Assembly (NCBI GenBank): GCA_035253525.1
Contig: DATFCB010000311.1
Location: 1-34,602, forward strand
DNA from: Pyrinomonadaceae bacterium
Lineage (GTDB): Bacteria > Acidobacteriota > Blastocatellia > Pyrinomonadales > Pyrinomonadaceae
DNA length: 34,602 nt
Direction: 5' to 3'
Under the pieces are notes generated by a model that ran no database searches, was not told where the DNA came from, and saw nothing but the letters and a program-made list of their open reading frames with translations. This document shows, one piece after another, positions 1 through 8,299 of this stretch (position 1 is the stretch's first letter; every line of letters starts with the position of its first letter). The position numbers were made by a program, and so were the translations under genes.

Positions 1-808
1 CGCCCATGACGACTAAGTCAACATCCTTGTCCGTCGCCAGCCTGACGATCTCCGCGTAAGGTCTCCCCTCGCTGATGTGCGTGATGGAGCGCCCGCCCGC
101 CTCGCGCTCGAAAGTCGCCATCCTCTCCGAGACGTAATCGCGCAACTGTGACAGCTTGGGTCCCGCGCTCTCCGGGAACATCTCCGCCATCTGGTCCATG
201 TAATCGCCTATCACGTAGACGACGTGCAGTTCCGCGCCCGTGCGGCCCGCGAACTCGGCCGCCGCCTGCGCGGCCATGAGCGAGGACGGGCGGAAGTTCG
301 TCGCCAGCAGGATGCGATTCAGGCGAATCTCCGTGTTGCTTCCGCGATACTCCACGAAGTCGCGCTGCGGCGGGCGAATCGTCAGCACAGGGCACGGCGC
401 TTCGGCGATAATCTCCTCGGCGGTCGAGCCCCACAGCGCGCGCGACAAACCCTTGCGCCCGTGCGTGACGATGGTCACCAGGTCAATGTTGAAGTCGCGC
501 ACGGCGCGCGCTATCTCCGGCGCAGGCTCGCCCTCTATGATGACGGGGTCCACCTCCAGCCCGTCGAGCAGCGGGTCGTTCAAGAGTTCCTTCACGTCCG
601 CGCGCAACTGCTGAAGCCAATTCTTCTCCGTCTCCTCGAAGACGCGCTCGGGCAAGGTGAGCAGGTTGGCCGGCACGCTGCCCTGCTGCACGCTGAAGAG
701 CACGACGCGCCCGCGCCCCTCGCGCGCAAACGCGGCCGCGTACTTGAGCGCCGCCCGCGCGTGCGGCGTGAAATCCGTCGGGAAGAGAATATTTTTGAAT
801 GGAAACAT
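1..808 (-). CDS. universal stress protein, tandem UspA domains (C-terminal end lies beyond window start)
   Basis: My own translation of the minus strand from ATG 808..806 gives MFPFKNILFPTDFTPHARAALKYAAAFAREGRGRVVLFSV...VTIVTHGRKGLSRALWGSTAEEIIAEAPCPVLTI. A second copy follows: RILLATNFRPSS...ELHVVYVIGD...DLVVMG. The frame is open to position 1. It is missing from the ORF track because it has no stop in the window. Confidence 0.85.
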   Translation of the reverse strand, partial: MFPFKNILFPTDFTPHARAALKYAAAFAREGRGRVVLFSVQQGSVPANLLTLPERVFEETEKNWLQQLRADVKELLNDPLLDGLEVDPVIIEGEPAPEIARAVRDFNIDLVTIVTHGRKGLSRALWGSTAEEIIAEAPCPVLTIRPPQRDFVEYRGSNTEIRLNRILLATNFRPSSLMAAQAAAEFAGRTGAELHVVYVIGDYMDQMAEMFPESAGPKLSQLRDYVSERMATFEREAGGRSITHISEGRPYAEIVRLATDKDVDLVVMG

Positions 809-818
809 GTGAAGACAT

Positions 819-894
819 CGTAAATCGTGAATCGTAAATCGTAAATAGTAAAAACCGTCTTCGACGCTTTACGATTTACGATTCACGATTTACG
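819..894. repeat. heptamer-arm hairpin: perfect 27-bp stem, 22-nt loop; probable terminator of the UPF0016 gene
   Basis: Left arm 819..845 CGTAAATCGTGAATCGTAAATCGTAAA is the exact reverse complement of right arm 868..894. The arms are 7-nt tandem units (GTAAATC/GTGAATC). Confidence 0.9.
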
Positions 895-905
895 TCTTTC
901 CCTTT

Positions 906-1181
906 CTACATTTTTCCCCAGAGCATCAGGACACCGATGACGATGAAGGCCGAGGCGGCCAGCTTCTTAATCAAATCTTCGGGAATGTATTTGCCGAGCG
1001 CCGAGCCGACCGCGACGCCTATCAGGGAGACGAGCGCGAGCGCCAGCGCCGCCCCCAGAAAGACAGACAGCGGCGAGCGCGTCTGCGCAGCCAGCGTCAG
1101 CACGGCCAACTGCGTCTTATCGCCCATCTCCGCCAGAAACAACGTCCCGAAAGTAGTCCAGAATGCAGTCCATTTCAACAT
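906..1181 (-). CDS. UPF0016 (GDT1/TMEM165/MneA-type) putative Mn2+/Ca2+ transporter, single-domain half-size form
   Basis: 91 aa with about 3 TM segments. It carries the family signature E-x-G-D-K-T (FLAEMGDKTQLAV). Confidence 0.85.
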   Translation of the reverse strand: MLKWTAFWTTFGTLFLAEMGDKTQLAVLTLAAQTRSPLSVFLGAALALALVSLIGVAVGSALGKYIPEDLIKKLAASAFIVIGVLMLWGKM

Positions 1182-1192
1182 AATTTAGTTTC

Positions 1193-1239
1193 CAGTTTTC
1201 AGTTTTCAGTTTAGGGTTTTCACTGAAAACTGAAAACTG
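1193..1239. repeat. heptamer-arm hairpin: perfect 18-bp stem, 11-nt loop
   Basis: 1193..1210 CAGTTTTCAGTTTTCAGT pairs exactly with 1222..1239 ACTGAAAACTGAAAACTG. It lies between the stop of the 260-aa gene (1243) and the start of the UPF0016 gene (1181). Confidence 0.9.
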
Positions 1240-1242
1240 TTT

Positions 1243-2025
1243 TTACAAAACTCTTGTCCCCGCGATGCGGTCCAACTGGGGGGAGAATTTGAAACGCGCG
1301 AGGTGCGCCTGCTGGCGGCGGGCCAGCACCGCCAGTTCCAACGCGACGCGCTCGCGGACGCTGTTGGCGCGCGGGCCTGTGGAGATACGGCTGACGACGC
1401 GGCGCAGCGCTTCGCTGATGCCGGAGACGTAGGCGCGCGCCGTCGGCTTGGTGCGCAGCCAGACCTCGCTGTTGCCGTACTCGAAGCGCCCCGTTCCTGG
1501 GTCCAGGAACGGGTAATCGTCCGCCATCTCCCTGCACACCGCGCGGAAGACGCCCGCGAAATCCGCTCCCGTAGCGAGCGCCGCGCGCTCGATTGTCCCG
1601 ATTAACTCTCCGCTGACGCGCACCAAATCGGACCAGTCCAGGTCTTCGGGCCGCAACTCCTCCGGCTCCTTCTGGGAGCGCGCGGGCGCGACCCAGGCAG
1701 GCGGCGCAGGCCCGAGACTCTTCTGCTCCGCGACGCGGCTGTGGTCGTAGACGTTGATGACGCCGCCGGGTTCGCGCGCGCGCACGAGCAGGCGCTTGAG
1801 CGCTTCTTCGCCTTCGGCCTGAAGGCCCGTCGCATGATTGGTCTCGCGCACGCGCGGCGGCTCTGTCCCGCCGAGGAACACGTCCGCCTCGTACTCGTCC
1901 AAGACGACGTGAATCCGCCCGGCGAAATAGCGCTCCTGCAAGTAGCGGACGAGCGCCGCCAGGTTGACGTAGGCCGTGTCAAGGTTCTCGTGAACCGGGC
2001 GCGACGTGACGCTTTGCTCTGACAT
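1243..2025 (-). CDS. hypothetical cytosolic protein, N-terminal DUF4388-like region
   Basis: 260-aa ORF with strong GC3 bias and AAGAGGG about 11 nt upstream of the ATG. The N-terminus (NLDTAYVNLAALVRYLQERYFAGRIHVVLDEYEADVFL...GEEALKRLLV...GGVINVY) fits my memory of the DUF4388 pattern. I do not recognise the C-terminal 150 aa. It starts 55 nt downstream of the TerC gene on the same strand. Confidence 0.65.
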   Translation of the reverse strand: MSEQSVTSRPVHENLDTAYVNLAALVRYLQERYFAGRIHVVLDEYEADVFLGGTEPPRVRETNHATGLQAEGEEALKRLLVRAREPGGVINVYDHSRVAEQKSLGPAPPAWVAPARSQKEPEELRPEDLDWSDLVRVSGELIGTIERAALATGADFAGVFRAVCREMADDYPFLDPGTGRFEYGNSEVWLRTKPTARAYVSGISEALRRVVSRISTGPRANSVRERVALELAVLARRQQAHLARFKFSPQLDRIAGTRVL

Positions 2026-2080
2026 GTGACAAGACCCTCTTGGGGATTTCGGCGGAGTCTAGCAAAGCGTCTCGGGAGCG

Positions 2081-3109
2081 TCAACGCGCATCCTCCGGCC
2101 GCAGGGGGACCGGCCTCGGCCGCAGCAGAGAGAGGACGACGGACGCGGCGATGACGGCGCAGATGATTCCGAGCGACCAGCTAATCGGAAACTTGCCGTC
2201 GAAAAGCTCGTTGAGCCAGACCATCTTGAGCCCGACGAAGACGAGCACCACGGCCAGCCCGTACTTGAGCAGGTAAAACTTGTCCACCGCGCCGGCCAGC
2301 ATGAAGTAGAGCGAGCGCAGGCCGAGGATGGCGAAGATGTTCGACGTGAACACAATCAGCGGCTCGCTCGTCAGCGCGAAAATCGCTGGCACAGAATCCA
2401 CCGCGAAGATCACGTCCGTCGCTTCGAGAAAAAGCAGGGCCACGAAAAGCGGCGTCGCCCACCTGCGGCCTTGCTCGCGCACGAAGAAGCGCGGCCCGTC
2501 GAGCTTCTTCGTCACGGGCACGAACCGGCGGAACAGGCGCAGGAGCAGGTTCTTCTCCGGGTCAACCTCCTTGTCGGGCGTGAACATCATCTTCAGGCCC
2601 GTGACGATCAGAAACGCGCCGAAGATGAGTATGACCCAGTGGTACTGCATCAGGAACGAGCCCATCGCGATGAAGATCGCGCGGAACAGGAGCGCGCCGA
2701 GGATGCCGTAGAAGAGCACGCGGTGCTGGTAGACGGCCGGGATGGCGAAGTAGCTGAAGACCAGCACGAAGACGAAAATGTTGTCCACCGAGAGCGACTT
2801 TTCGACAACGTAGCCGGTCAGAAACTCAAGGCCGACGCGGCTCGCGGCCGCCTGCGGGTCGAAGCCGGGCACGGCCATCAGGCGCGCGTCCTGCGGAAAC
2901 TTCCACGCGGCATATTCGTAAAGTCCGTAGTTGAAGACGAGGGCGAGCGTGACCCAGACGACAGTCCAGACCGCAGACTCGCGGAAAGAAACAGCGTGCG
3001 CCTTGCGGTGAAAGACGCCCAGGTCGAGCGCCAGCAGCATGAGCACGAAGGCAATGAATCCGGCGTAGAACCACCAGTATTCCGCGAACGGAAAAAGTGT
3101 CACTTCCAT
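2081..3109 (-). CDS. TerC family integral membrane protein (Alx/YkoY-like, putative Mn2+ exporter)
   Basis: MEVTLFPFAEYWWFYAGFIAFVLMLLALDLGVFHRKAH... is a multi-TM TerC-type sequence. ATG 3109 is preceded by GAGGAG. The track start at 3142 is a TTG inside the terminator U-tract, so I rejected it. Confidence 0.9.
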   Translation of the reverse strand: MEVTLFPFAEYWWFYAGFIAFVLMLLALDLGVFHRKAHAVSFRESAVWTVVWVTLALVFNYGLYEYAAWKFPQDARLMAVPGFDPQAAASRVGLEFLTGYVVEKSLSVDNIFVFVLVFSYFAIPAVYQHRVLFYGILGALLFRAIFIAMGSFLMQYHWVILIFGAFLIVTGLKMMFTPDKEVDPEKNLLLRLFRRFVPVTKKLDGPRFFVREQGRRWATPLFVALLFLEATDVIFAVDSVPAIFALTSEPLIVFTSNIFAILGLRSLYFMLAGAVDKFYLLKYGLAVVLVFVGLKMVWLNELFDGKFPISWSLGIICAVIAASVVLSLLRPRPVPLRPEDAR

Positions 3110-3140
3110 TACAGAGTTCTCCTCAAGTCGTCCGGCGGGC

Positions 3141-3186
3141 AAAAAGAAAAGACCTTTCGCGCGCTTTGTGTGTGCCGCAAAAGGTC
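3141..3186 (-). terminator. intrinsic terminator forming the expression platform of the Mn2+ riboswitch
   Basis: Minus-strand RNA reads GACCUUUUGCG-(14-nt loop)-CGCGAAAGGUC followed by UUUUCUUUUU. The 5' arm shares GACCUUUU with the 3' strand of aptamer helix P1, which gives mutually exclusive folds. Confidence 0.75.
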
Positions 3187-3280
3187 TCGATCCTTGCTCC
3201 GGTAAACCGAACCGCTTGGCGAGCGATTGTCCTGACGACTTACCGAACCCTGTTCTGGGTGATCTACTCCCCCGTTTTAG
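3179..3280 (-). promoter_or_regulatory. yybP-ykoY (Mn2+) riboswitch aptamer
   Basis: Minus-strand RNA reads CUAAAACGGGGGAGUAGAUCACCCAGAACAGGGUUCGGUAAGUCGUCAGGACAAUCGCUCGCCAAGCGGUUCGGUUUACCGGAGCAAGGAUCGAGACCUUUUG. It contains the conserved GGGGAGUAG 5' block and the GCAAG..GAGACCUUU 3' block. It sits in the 5' leader of a TerC gene, a classic target of this riboswitch. Confidence 0.8.
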
Positions 3281-3291
3281 TTTGAGGTTTG

Positions 3292-3319
3292 ATTATAAGG
3301 GGAGGATGCCAGCCGTCAA
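3292..3319 (-). promoter_or_regulatory. sigma70-type promoter for the riboswitch-TerC transcript
   Basis: Minus strand reads TTGACG (3319..3314), a 16-nt spacer, then TATAAT (3297..3292). This places it about 15-20 nt upstream of the aptamer. Confidence 0.55.
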
Positions 3320-3472
3320 GCGCGCGGGCCGGATTTGACAGAAACGTGAAAACTGTTGCGTTGCAATCCACTCCTGTGACACACTCCGCCGCACGAAAAG
3401 TTAGCCCCTCACCGTAGTTCGTCTGACCGCTCTAAAATTTAGCAGTCTAATTGCGCGAGGGAGTTTGAGGAC

Positions 3473-4330
3473 GTGATCGAAGTCACAGACATCGTCAAGC
3501 GGTACGGCCAGAACACCGTGCTCAACCACGCCACGTTCGAGATCAAGGAAGGACAACTGACGACCATCCTCGGCCCTTCGGGCTGCGGCAAGACGACCAT
3601 GCTGCGCTGCATGAACCGGCTGGAGAAGTTCGACCGCGGCCGGCTCAACATCGGCGGCGTCGAAGTCGTCGGCACCGAGGATAAGAAGCTCTCGCCCGCC
3701 GAGGAGAAGGAGTTGACGCGGCGGCTGCGCGAGCGCGTCGGCATCGTCTTCCAGAATTTCAACCTCTTCCCGCACCTGACCGCGCTCGGCAACTGCGCGG
3801 AATCGCCGATGACCGTCAAAGGGATGCAGCGCGCGGAGGCCGAAGAGGTCGCGCGCCACTACCTGCACAAGGTCGGCCTCGCCGAGAAGGAGAATCACTA
3901 CCCGGCGCAACTGTCCGGCGGGCAGCAGCAGCGCGTGGCGATTGCGCGCGCGCTCGCGATGGAGCCGCAGGTCATCCTCTTCGACGAGCCGACCTCGGCG
4001 CTCGACCCGCAGCTCATACAGAGTGTGGCGCGGACCCTGCGCGCGCTCGACGACCTCGGCAAGACGCTCGTCGTCGTCTCGCACGACATGAACTTCGCGC
4101 GCCGCATCTCGGACCAGGTGATCTACTTCGAGGGCGGCCACGCCGTCGAATCCGGCACGCCCCAGGAAGTCTTCGGCAACCCGCAGAAGCCCGAGACGCG
4201 CTCTTTCATGCAGAGCTTCCACGATGAGGACGAGCCGGCGGGTGACGGACGCCCTATCGTAGACGACGCGGCCGTGCGCAAACTCGAAACGGACATGGGC
4301 ACGCGCGACAACCTCGGACAAGAAGAGTGA
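3473..4330 (+). CDS. polar amino-acid ABC transporter ATP-binding protein (GlnQ/HisP-like) with acidic C-terminal tail
   Basis: GTG start with GGGAG upstream. Motifs present: Walker A GPSGCGKT, signature LSGGQQQR, Walker B ILFDEPTSALD and H-loop VVSHD. There is an extra tail of about 40 aa, HDEDEPAGDG...NLGQEE. Confidence 0.9.
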   Translation: MIEVTDIVKRYGQNTVLNHATFEIKEGQLTTILGPSGCGKTTMLRCMNRLEKFDRGRLNIGGVEVVGTEDKKLSPAEEKELTRRLRERVGIVFQNFNLFPHLTALGNCAESPMTVKGMQRAEAEEVARHYLHKVGLAEKENHYPAQLSGGQQQRVAIARALAMEPQVILFDEPTSALDPQLIQSVARTLRALDDLGKTLVVVSHDMNFARRISDQVIYFEGGHAVESGTPQEVFGNPQKPETRSFMQSFHDEDEPAGDGRPIVDDAAVRKLETDMGTRDNLGQEE

Positions 4331-5805
4331 GACACCAGATGACCGAACGCACAGGGCGCATCGCCGCCACGCTCCTCCTGCTGTTCCTTTCCCCGCTCTC
4401 TATTCTGGCCCAGACAGCGCTCCAACGCGTCCGCCAGACGGGCGAGCTGCGCGTCGGCACCGATGCCACTTACCCGCCGTTCGAGACCGTCGAGGGCGAC
4501 GTTTACTCGGGCTTCGACATTGACCTGATGAACGCCGTCGCGAAAGAGATGGGAGTGAGCGCGCGTTTCATCAACGCGAGCTTCGACGGCATCTTCCCTG
4601 CGCTTCAGAACGGGACCTTCGACGCCGTCATCTCGTCCGTCACCATCACGGACGAGCGCAAAGCTGCAATGCTCTTCACGGACCCGTACTACGACTCGGG
4701 CCAGTTGATTGCGGTGCGCGAGGAGACGCAAGGCATCCTCGCGCCCGACGACCTCAAGGGCAAGACGGTCGGCGTGCAGATCAACACGACGGCGCAGTAC
4801 GACCTGGAAAAGCGCGAGGGCGTGACCGTCAACAAGTACAACACGATTGACCTGGCGCTCCTGGATTTACAGAACAAGCGCATTGACGCGGTCGTCTGCG
4901 ACGCGCCCGTGCTGAAATTCATGATCTTCAAGAGCTTTCGCGGACTAAAGACGGTTGGCCGCCGCTTTACGGACGAGAAGTTCGGCATCGCGGTCGCGAG
5001 CGGCAACGAAGATTTGGTCCGGGAAATGAACGCGGCCCTGAAACGCGTCAGGGAGTCGGGCGAGTACGACAAGATTCACGAGAAATGGTTCGGCGAGGCG
5101 GCCGAGCGGGCGCAGGAGGCGGAAGCCAGCAAGACTGTGCCAAAGCTTTTCGACATGGAGCTGGCGAAACGCACCCTGCCGCAATTTCTGAGAGGCGTCT
5201 GGTGGACGGCGAAGCTCGCGTTCTTGAGCCTGCTCTTCGGCCTACCCATAGGGCTGCTGCTCGCGCTGGCGCGCGTGCAATCATCAAAACTTCTCAAAGC
5301 CCCGGCGGCCTTCTACGTCGAAGTGATGCGCGGCACACCCTTGCTCGTCCAGATTCTTTTCATCTACTTCGTGCTACCCACTTTCGGCATCAGCATCCCT
5401 GCGTTTTGGAGCGGCATCATCGCACTCACGCTGAACAGCGCCGCTTACATCGCGGAGATTTTCCGCGCCGGGATTCTCTCGATTGACGCCGGGCAGATGG
5501 AGGCCGCGCGCGCGCTCGGCATGACGCACGCGCAGGCGATGCGCCGCATCATCCTGCCGCAGACTTTCCGCCGCGTCGTCCCGCCCTTAACGAACGAAGC
5601 CATCGCGCTGCTCAAAGACTCGTCGCTCGTCTCGGTCATAGGTCTGACGGAGCTGGCGCGCACGGGCCAGGAACTCGCCAGCCGCAACGCAGCGCCCTTA
5701 ACCATCTGGCCCATGGTCGCAATCTTCTACCTGCTCCTGACCTTCCCGTTGACGCGCATCGCGGAATATTTGGAGAGACGCTGGCGGCCCGTCACACGGT
5801 CGTAG
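4327..5805 (+). CDS. fused periplasmic amino-acid-binding domain plus ABC permease (GlnP/HisM-type)
   Basis: The N-terminal half is SBP_bac_3-like (LRVGTDATYPPFE...GFDIDLMNAVAKEMG...FDAVISSVTITDERK). The C-terminal half is a permease with the EAA loop (EAARALGMTHAQAMRRIILPQ). GTG 4327 overlaps the upstream stop; an alternative ATG lies at 4339. Confidence 0.9.
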   Translation: MRHQMTERTGRIAATLLLLFLSPLSILAQTALQRVRQTGELRVGTDATYPPFETVEGDVYSGFDIDLMNAVAKEMGVSARFINASFDGIFPALQNGTFDAVISSVTITDERKAAMLFTDPYYDSGQLIAVREETQGILAPDDLKGKTVGVQINTTAQYDLEKREGVTVNKYNTIDLALLDLQNKRIDAVVCDAPVLKFMIFKSFRGLKTVGRRFTDEKFGIAVASGNEDLVREMNAALKRVRESGEYDKIHEKWFGEAAERAQEAEASKTVPKLFDMELAKRTLPQFLRGVWWTAKLAFLSLLFGLPIGLLLALARVQSSKLLKAPAAFYVEVMRGTPLLVQILFIYFVLPTFGISIPAFWSGIIALTLNSAAYIAEIFRAGILSIDAGQMEAARALGMTHAQAMRRIILPQTFRRVVPPLTNEAIALLKDSSLVSVIGLTELARTGQELASRNAAPLTIWPMVAIFYLLLTFPLTRIAEYLERRWRPVTRS

Positions 5806-5825
5806 GCGGTGAGAGGTAAATAGAA

Positions 5826-5864
5826 AAATGGTGAATGGAAGAGAAGTTCTTCCATTCACCATTT
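5826..5864. terminator. bidirectional hairpin between convergent genes: 17-bp perfect stem, 5-nt loop, flanked by 7-nt periodic sequence
   Basis: 5826..5842 AAATGGTGAATGGAAGA pairs exactly with 5848..5864 TCTTCCATTCACCATTT. Both flanks keep the 7-nt period: GGTGAGA GGTAAAT AGAAAAA upstream and TTACCGG TTACGGT TTACGAT downstream. Confidence 0.8.
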
Positions 5865-5886
5865 ACCGGTTACGGTTTACGATTCG

Positions 5887-8157
5887 CTACCTGCGACTGA
5901 TGATGCTTCGTCTGCGCGGCTGGGCCGGTTTCTTGACGGGGAGGAGGTCTTTGTGACGACCCTGGAGCATGGAGCAGAGCCGCTGGTGGCTGACGCCCAG
6001 GAGGCGCGCGGCCCGCGTGACGCTGCCGCGCGAATTTTCAAAGGCCAGCTTGATGAGGCTCGCCTCGTAGCGCAGGACCTCGTCTTCGAGCGAGCATCCG
6101 GCCCACGCCTCGCCCAGAGACGCCTGATCCGTCTGCCTGGCCGCGAGCACTTCCACTGCCTCGCGCGTGATCTCGGTCCTATTGGTCGCCGTCAGGATTG
6201 ACCGCTCGATGAGCGAGCGCAACTCGCGCACGTTGCCTTTGAGTTCGAGCCCGCGCATGGCCTCCACGGCGTCGGGCCTCAACCTGACGCGGCGGTCGTG
6301 CTGCTCAGCCAATTCTTTGGTGAAGTGTGCGGCCAGCGCAGAGATGTCGTCCGGGCGATCTCTGAGCGGCAGGATGTCAAGGTGAAACGCATTCAGCCTG
6401 TAAAGCAGATCGTCGCGGAAACGCTTCTCCGCGACCAGCTCTTTGAGGTCGCGGTTGGTGGAGGCGATGATGCGGACGTTCACCTGCTCGGGCTTCGACG
6501 CGCCAATCGGGTGTGCCTCGCCGTTCTCAATCAGGCGCAGGAGCTTACCCTGGTCCGCGAGACTCAGTTCCGCTATCTCGTCAAGGAAGAGCGTGCCGCC
6601 GGCCGCGTGTCGGACCACGCCGACGCTGTCCTGTACGGCGTTCGTGAAACTGCCTTTTCGGTGGCCGAAGAGCAGAGATTCGAGGAGTGCGCCGCCGAGC
6701 GCCGCGCAGTTGATGGCGACGAACTGACCGGCCCGGCCGCTCCACTCGTGAATCATGCGGGCGATCAACTCCTTGCCCGTCCCCGTCTCGCCCGTAATCA
6801 GCACCGGCGAGTGCGTGCCTGCGACGCAGTGGGCCGCACGCAGCAACTCCGCCGTTTGTTTGTCCGCGTAGACGAACTTCGGCGGCGCAGACTCCTTGAC
6901 GCGCGCACGCCCGGCGTCCAAAACCTTGCGCGCGCACCGGCGCAGACGCGTGAGCAGTTCGAAGTTCTGCGAGCCGGCGAGCGCCTGGTCGCTGTGCTCG
7001 TAGAGCGAAATCAACTCCTCTATGGTCAGCCGGTCACCCAGTTCTTCGATGAGCGCCAGCCCCGCTACGCCCGCGCTCTCGTTATCGCCGGCGCGCGTGG
7101 CGGAATCGGCCGCGCGTTCGAGCGTCAGGCGCGCTTCGTCGTAGCGGCCCAGCCGCGCCAGCGCCACGCCGTGCGTCGTCAGCGCCTCGGCCAGCACAGA
7201 CTGCTCGTCGCCCTTCTCCAAAGTCCGCACGGCCGCGCGCGCGACCTTCTCCGCCTCGGCGTTCCGATTCTGGCCCAGCAGGACGCGTGCGCGTGTGTCG
7301 TCAACCTGCCCGGTGTGTACGCTGTCCTTGAGGCTGGCGAAGAGCAGGTGTGCGCGGTCCAGGTGCTCGTAGGCTTCGTTGAACCGCCCGGCGGTGAAGA
7401 GCAGAAATCCTATGTTGTTTTCGGCCGCGGCGCGGTAAGGCGTGTGCCCGGCCTGCTCGAAGTGATAGCTCGCGGCGGTGTATTCGACGAGCGCGCGGTC
7501 TATGTAGTCCTTGCGCCCTTCGGCCGCGGCCAGCTTCTTCAGCACAACGGCGTAGACGTTGTGGAACCTCCCCTTGGCCGGATGGCTCTCGGTCGCGTCG
7601 AAGAGCGGCGCGGCCTCGGCCAGAATGCGCAGGGCGTCGTTAAACCGCGTCGCGGAGATTTCGATGATCGCGCTGTTGAGCAGGGCGCGCGGTCGCTGCT
7701 CGCTCTGTTCGCTGGCAAGTCGTCCCAGAACTTCCCGCAGCGTGATGCGGGCTTCGTCTAAAGCACCCTCGCGCCAGTAGCAGATTGCCAGGTCAATGTA
7801 CGCCTCGGCGAGCTTTTCAGTCTCGCCCAGCGATTCGAAGGTGGTCGCGCTCTCGCTGATTAAGTCTTTGGCCGTCTCCTGCGCGCCGTCAACCTGGTTG
7901 GCGCTGCCAATCCAGCCCGTCAGAGACCCCGCGCGCAACATGACCTCGGCGGCCGTCTGCCGGTCGAGCCCGTCCACGATGGGCCGCTCCCCTATGCGCT
8001 GCCACAGTTCCCCCATGGCCTCGCGGGCCGCCTCGTAGCTCCCGGAATCCTCCAGCCCTTTCGCCGCGCGGCAGCGCAGCCGCGCCCGTTCCGTGCGGTC
8101 AAGGGCGGGGTCGTCTATCTGGCGGAGAAGCTTCAGCACTAAGTCCATGTGAGGCAT
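5887..8157 (-). CDS. TPR-domain / AAA+ sigma54-interaction-domain / Fis-HTH transcriptional activator (bEBP-like)
   Basis: Walker A reads GETGTGKE. The central domain carries FGHRKGSFTNA, GGTLFLDEI, RIIASTNRDL and FRDDLLYRL. The C-terminal HTH reads SVTRAARLLGVSHQRL. The first ~430 aa are helical and TPR-like. ATG 8157 follows AAAGG; the track start at 8178 is a TTG. Confidence 0.9.
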   Translation of the reverse strand: MPHMDLVLKLLRQIDDPALDRTERARLRCRAAKGLEDSGSYEAAREAMGELWQRIGERPIVDGLDRQTAAEVMLRAGSLTGWIGSANQVDGAQETAKDLISESATTFESLGETEKLAEAYIDLAICYWREGALDEARITLREVLGRLASEQSEQRPRALLNSAIIEISATRFNDALRILAEAAPLFDATESHPAKGRFHNVYAVVLKKLAAAEGRKDYIDRALVEYTAASYHFEQAGHTPYRAAAENNIGFLLFTAGRFNEAYEHLDRAHLLFASLKDSVHTGQVDDTRARVLLGQNRNAEAEKVARAAVRTLEKGDEQSVLAEALTTHGVALARLGRYDEARLTLERAADSATRAGDNESAGVAGLALIEELGDRLTIEELISLYEHSDQALAGSQNFELLTRLRRCARKVLDAGRARVKESAPPKFVYADKQTAELLRAAHCVAGTHSPVLITGETGTGKELIARMIHEWSGRAGQFVAINCAALGGALLESLLFGHRKGSFTNAVQDSVGVVRHAAGGTLFLDEIAELSLADQGKLLRLIENGEAHPIGASKPEQVNVRIIASTNRDLKELVAEKRFRDDLLYRLNAFHLDILPLRDRPDDISALAAHFTKELAEQHDRRVRLRPDAVEAMRGLELKGNVRELRSLIERSILTATNRTEITREAVEVLAARQTDQASLGEAWAGCSLEDEVLRYEASLIKLAFENSRGSVTRAARLLGVSHQRLCSMLQGRHKDLLPVKKPAQPRRRSIISRR

Positions 8158-8299
8158 ACACCTTTCTGTGTCCTGCAAAATGATTTGCGGAATGATGTTT
8201 TAGCTTGATACAGTATAACCATATATCGTTTGCGGGCTTGGTTAGTGTCAACGCTCGACGACTTTTCTGCTTACAACCCCCTTAGGAGTATAAAAGAGG

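Noticed and set aside
1193-1250. Hairpin followed by TTTTT on the plus strand, resembling a plus-strand intrinsic terminator
   Set aside because: Both flanking genes are on the minus strand, where the hairpin is not followed by a U-tract. I kept it only as a member of the heptamer-arm hairpin family.
3401-4731. Minus-strand ORFs 3401..4321 and 4123..4731
   Set aside because: They lie antisense to the ABC ATPase and SBP-permease genes, which carry complete Walker, signature and EAA motifs.
6298-7761. 487-aa plus-strand ORF
   Set aside because: It lies antisense to the well-supported sigma54-type activator gene. The product is Arg/Ala-rich and low-complexity, as expected for a shadow ORF in high-GC DNA, and it has no motifs.
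8239-8254. Candidate sigma54 -24/-12 promoter TGGTTAGTGTCAACGC upstream of the small peptide gene
   Set aside because: The GG-to-GC spacing is one nucleotide too long compared with TGGCAC-N5-TTGC, and the flanking bases do not match. No other GG-N10-GC element was found in 8179..8299.
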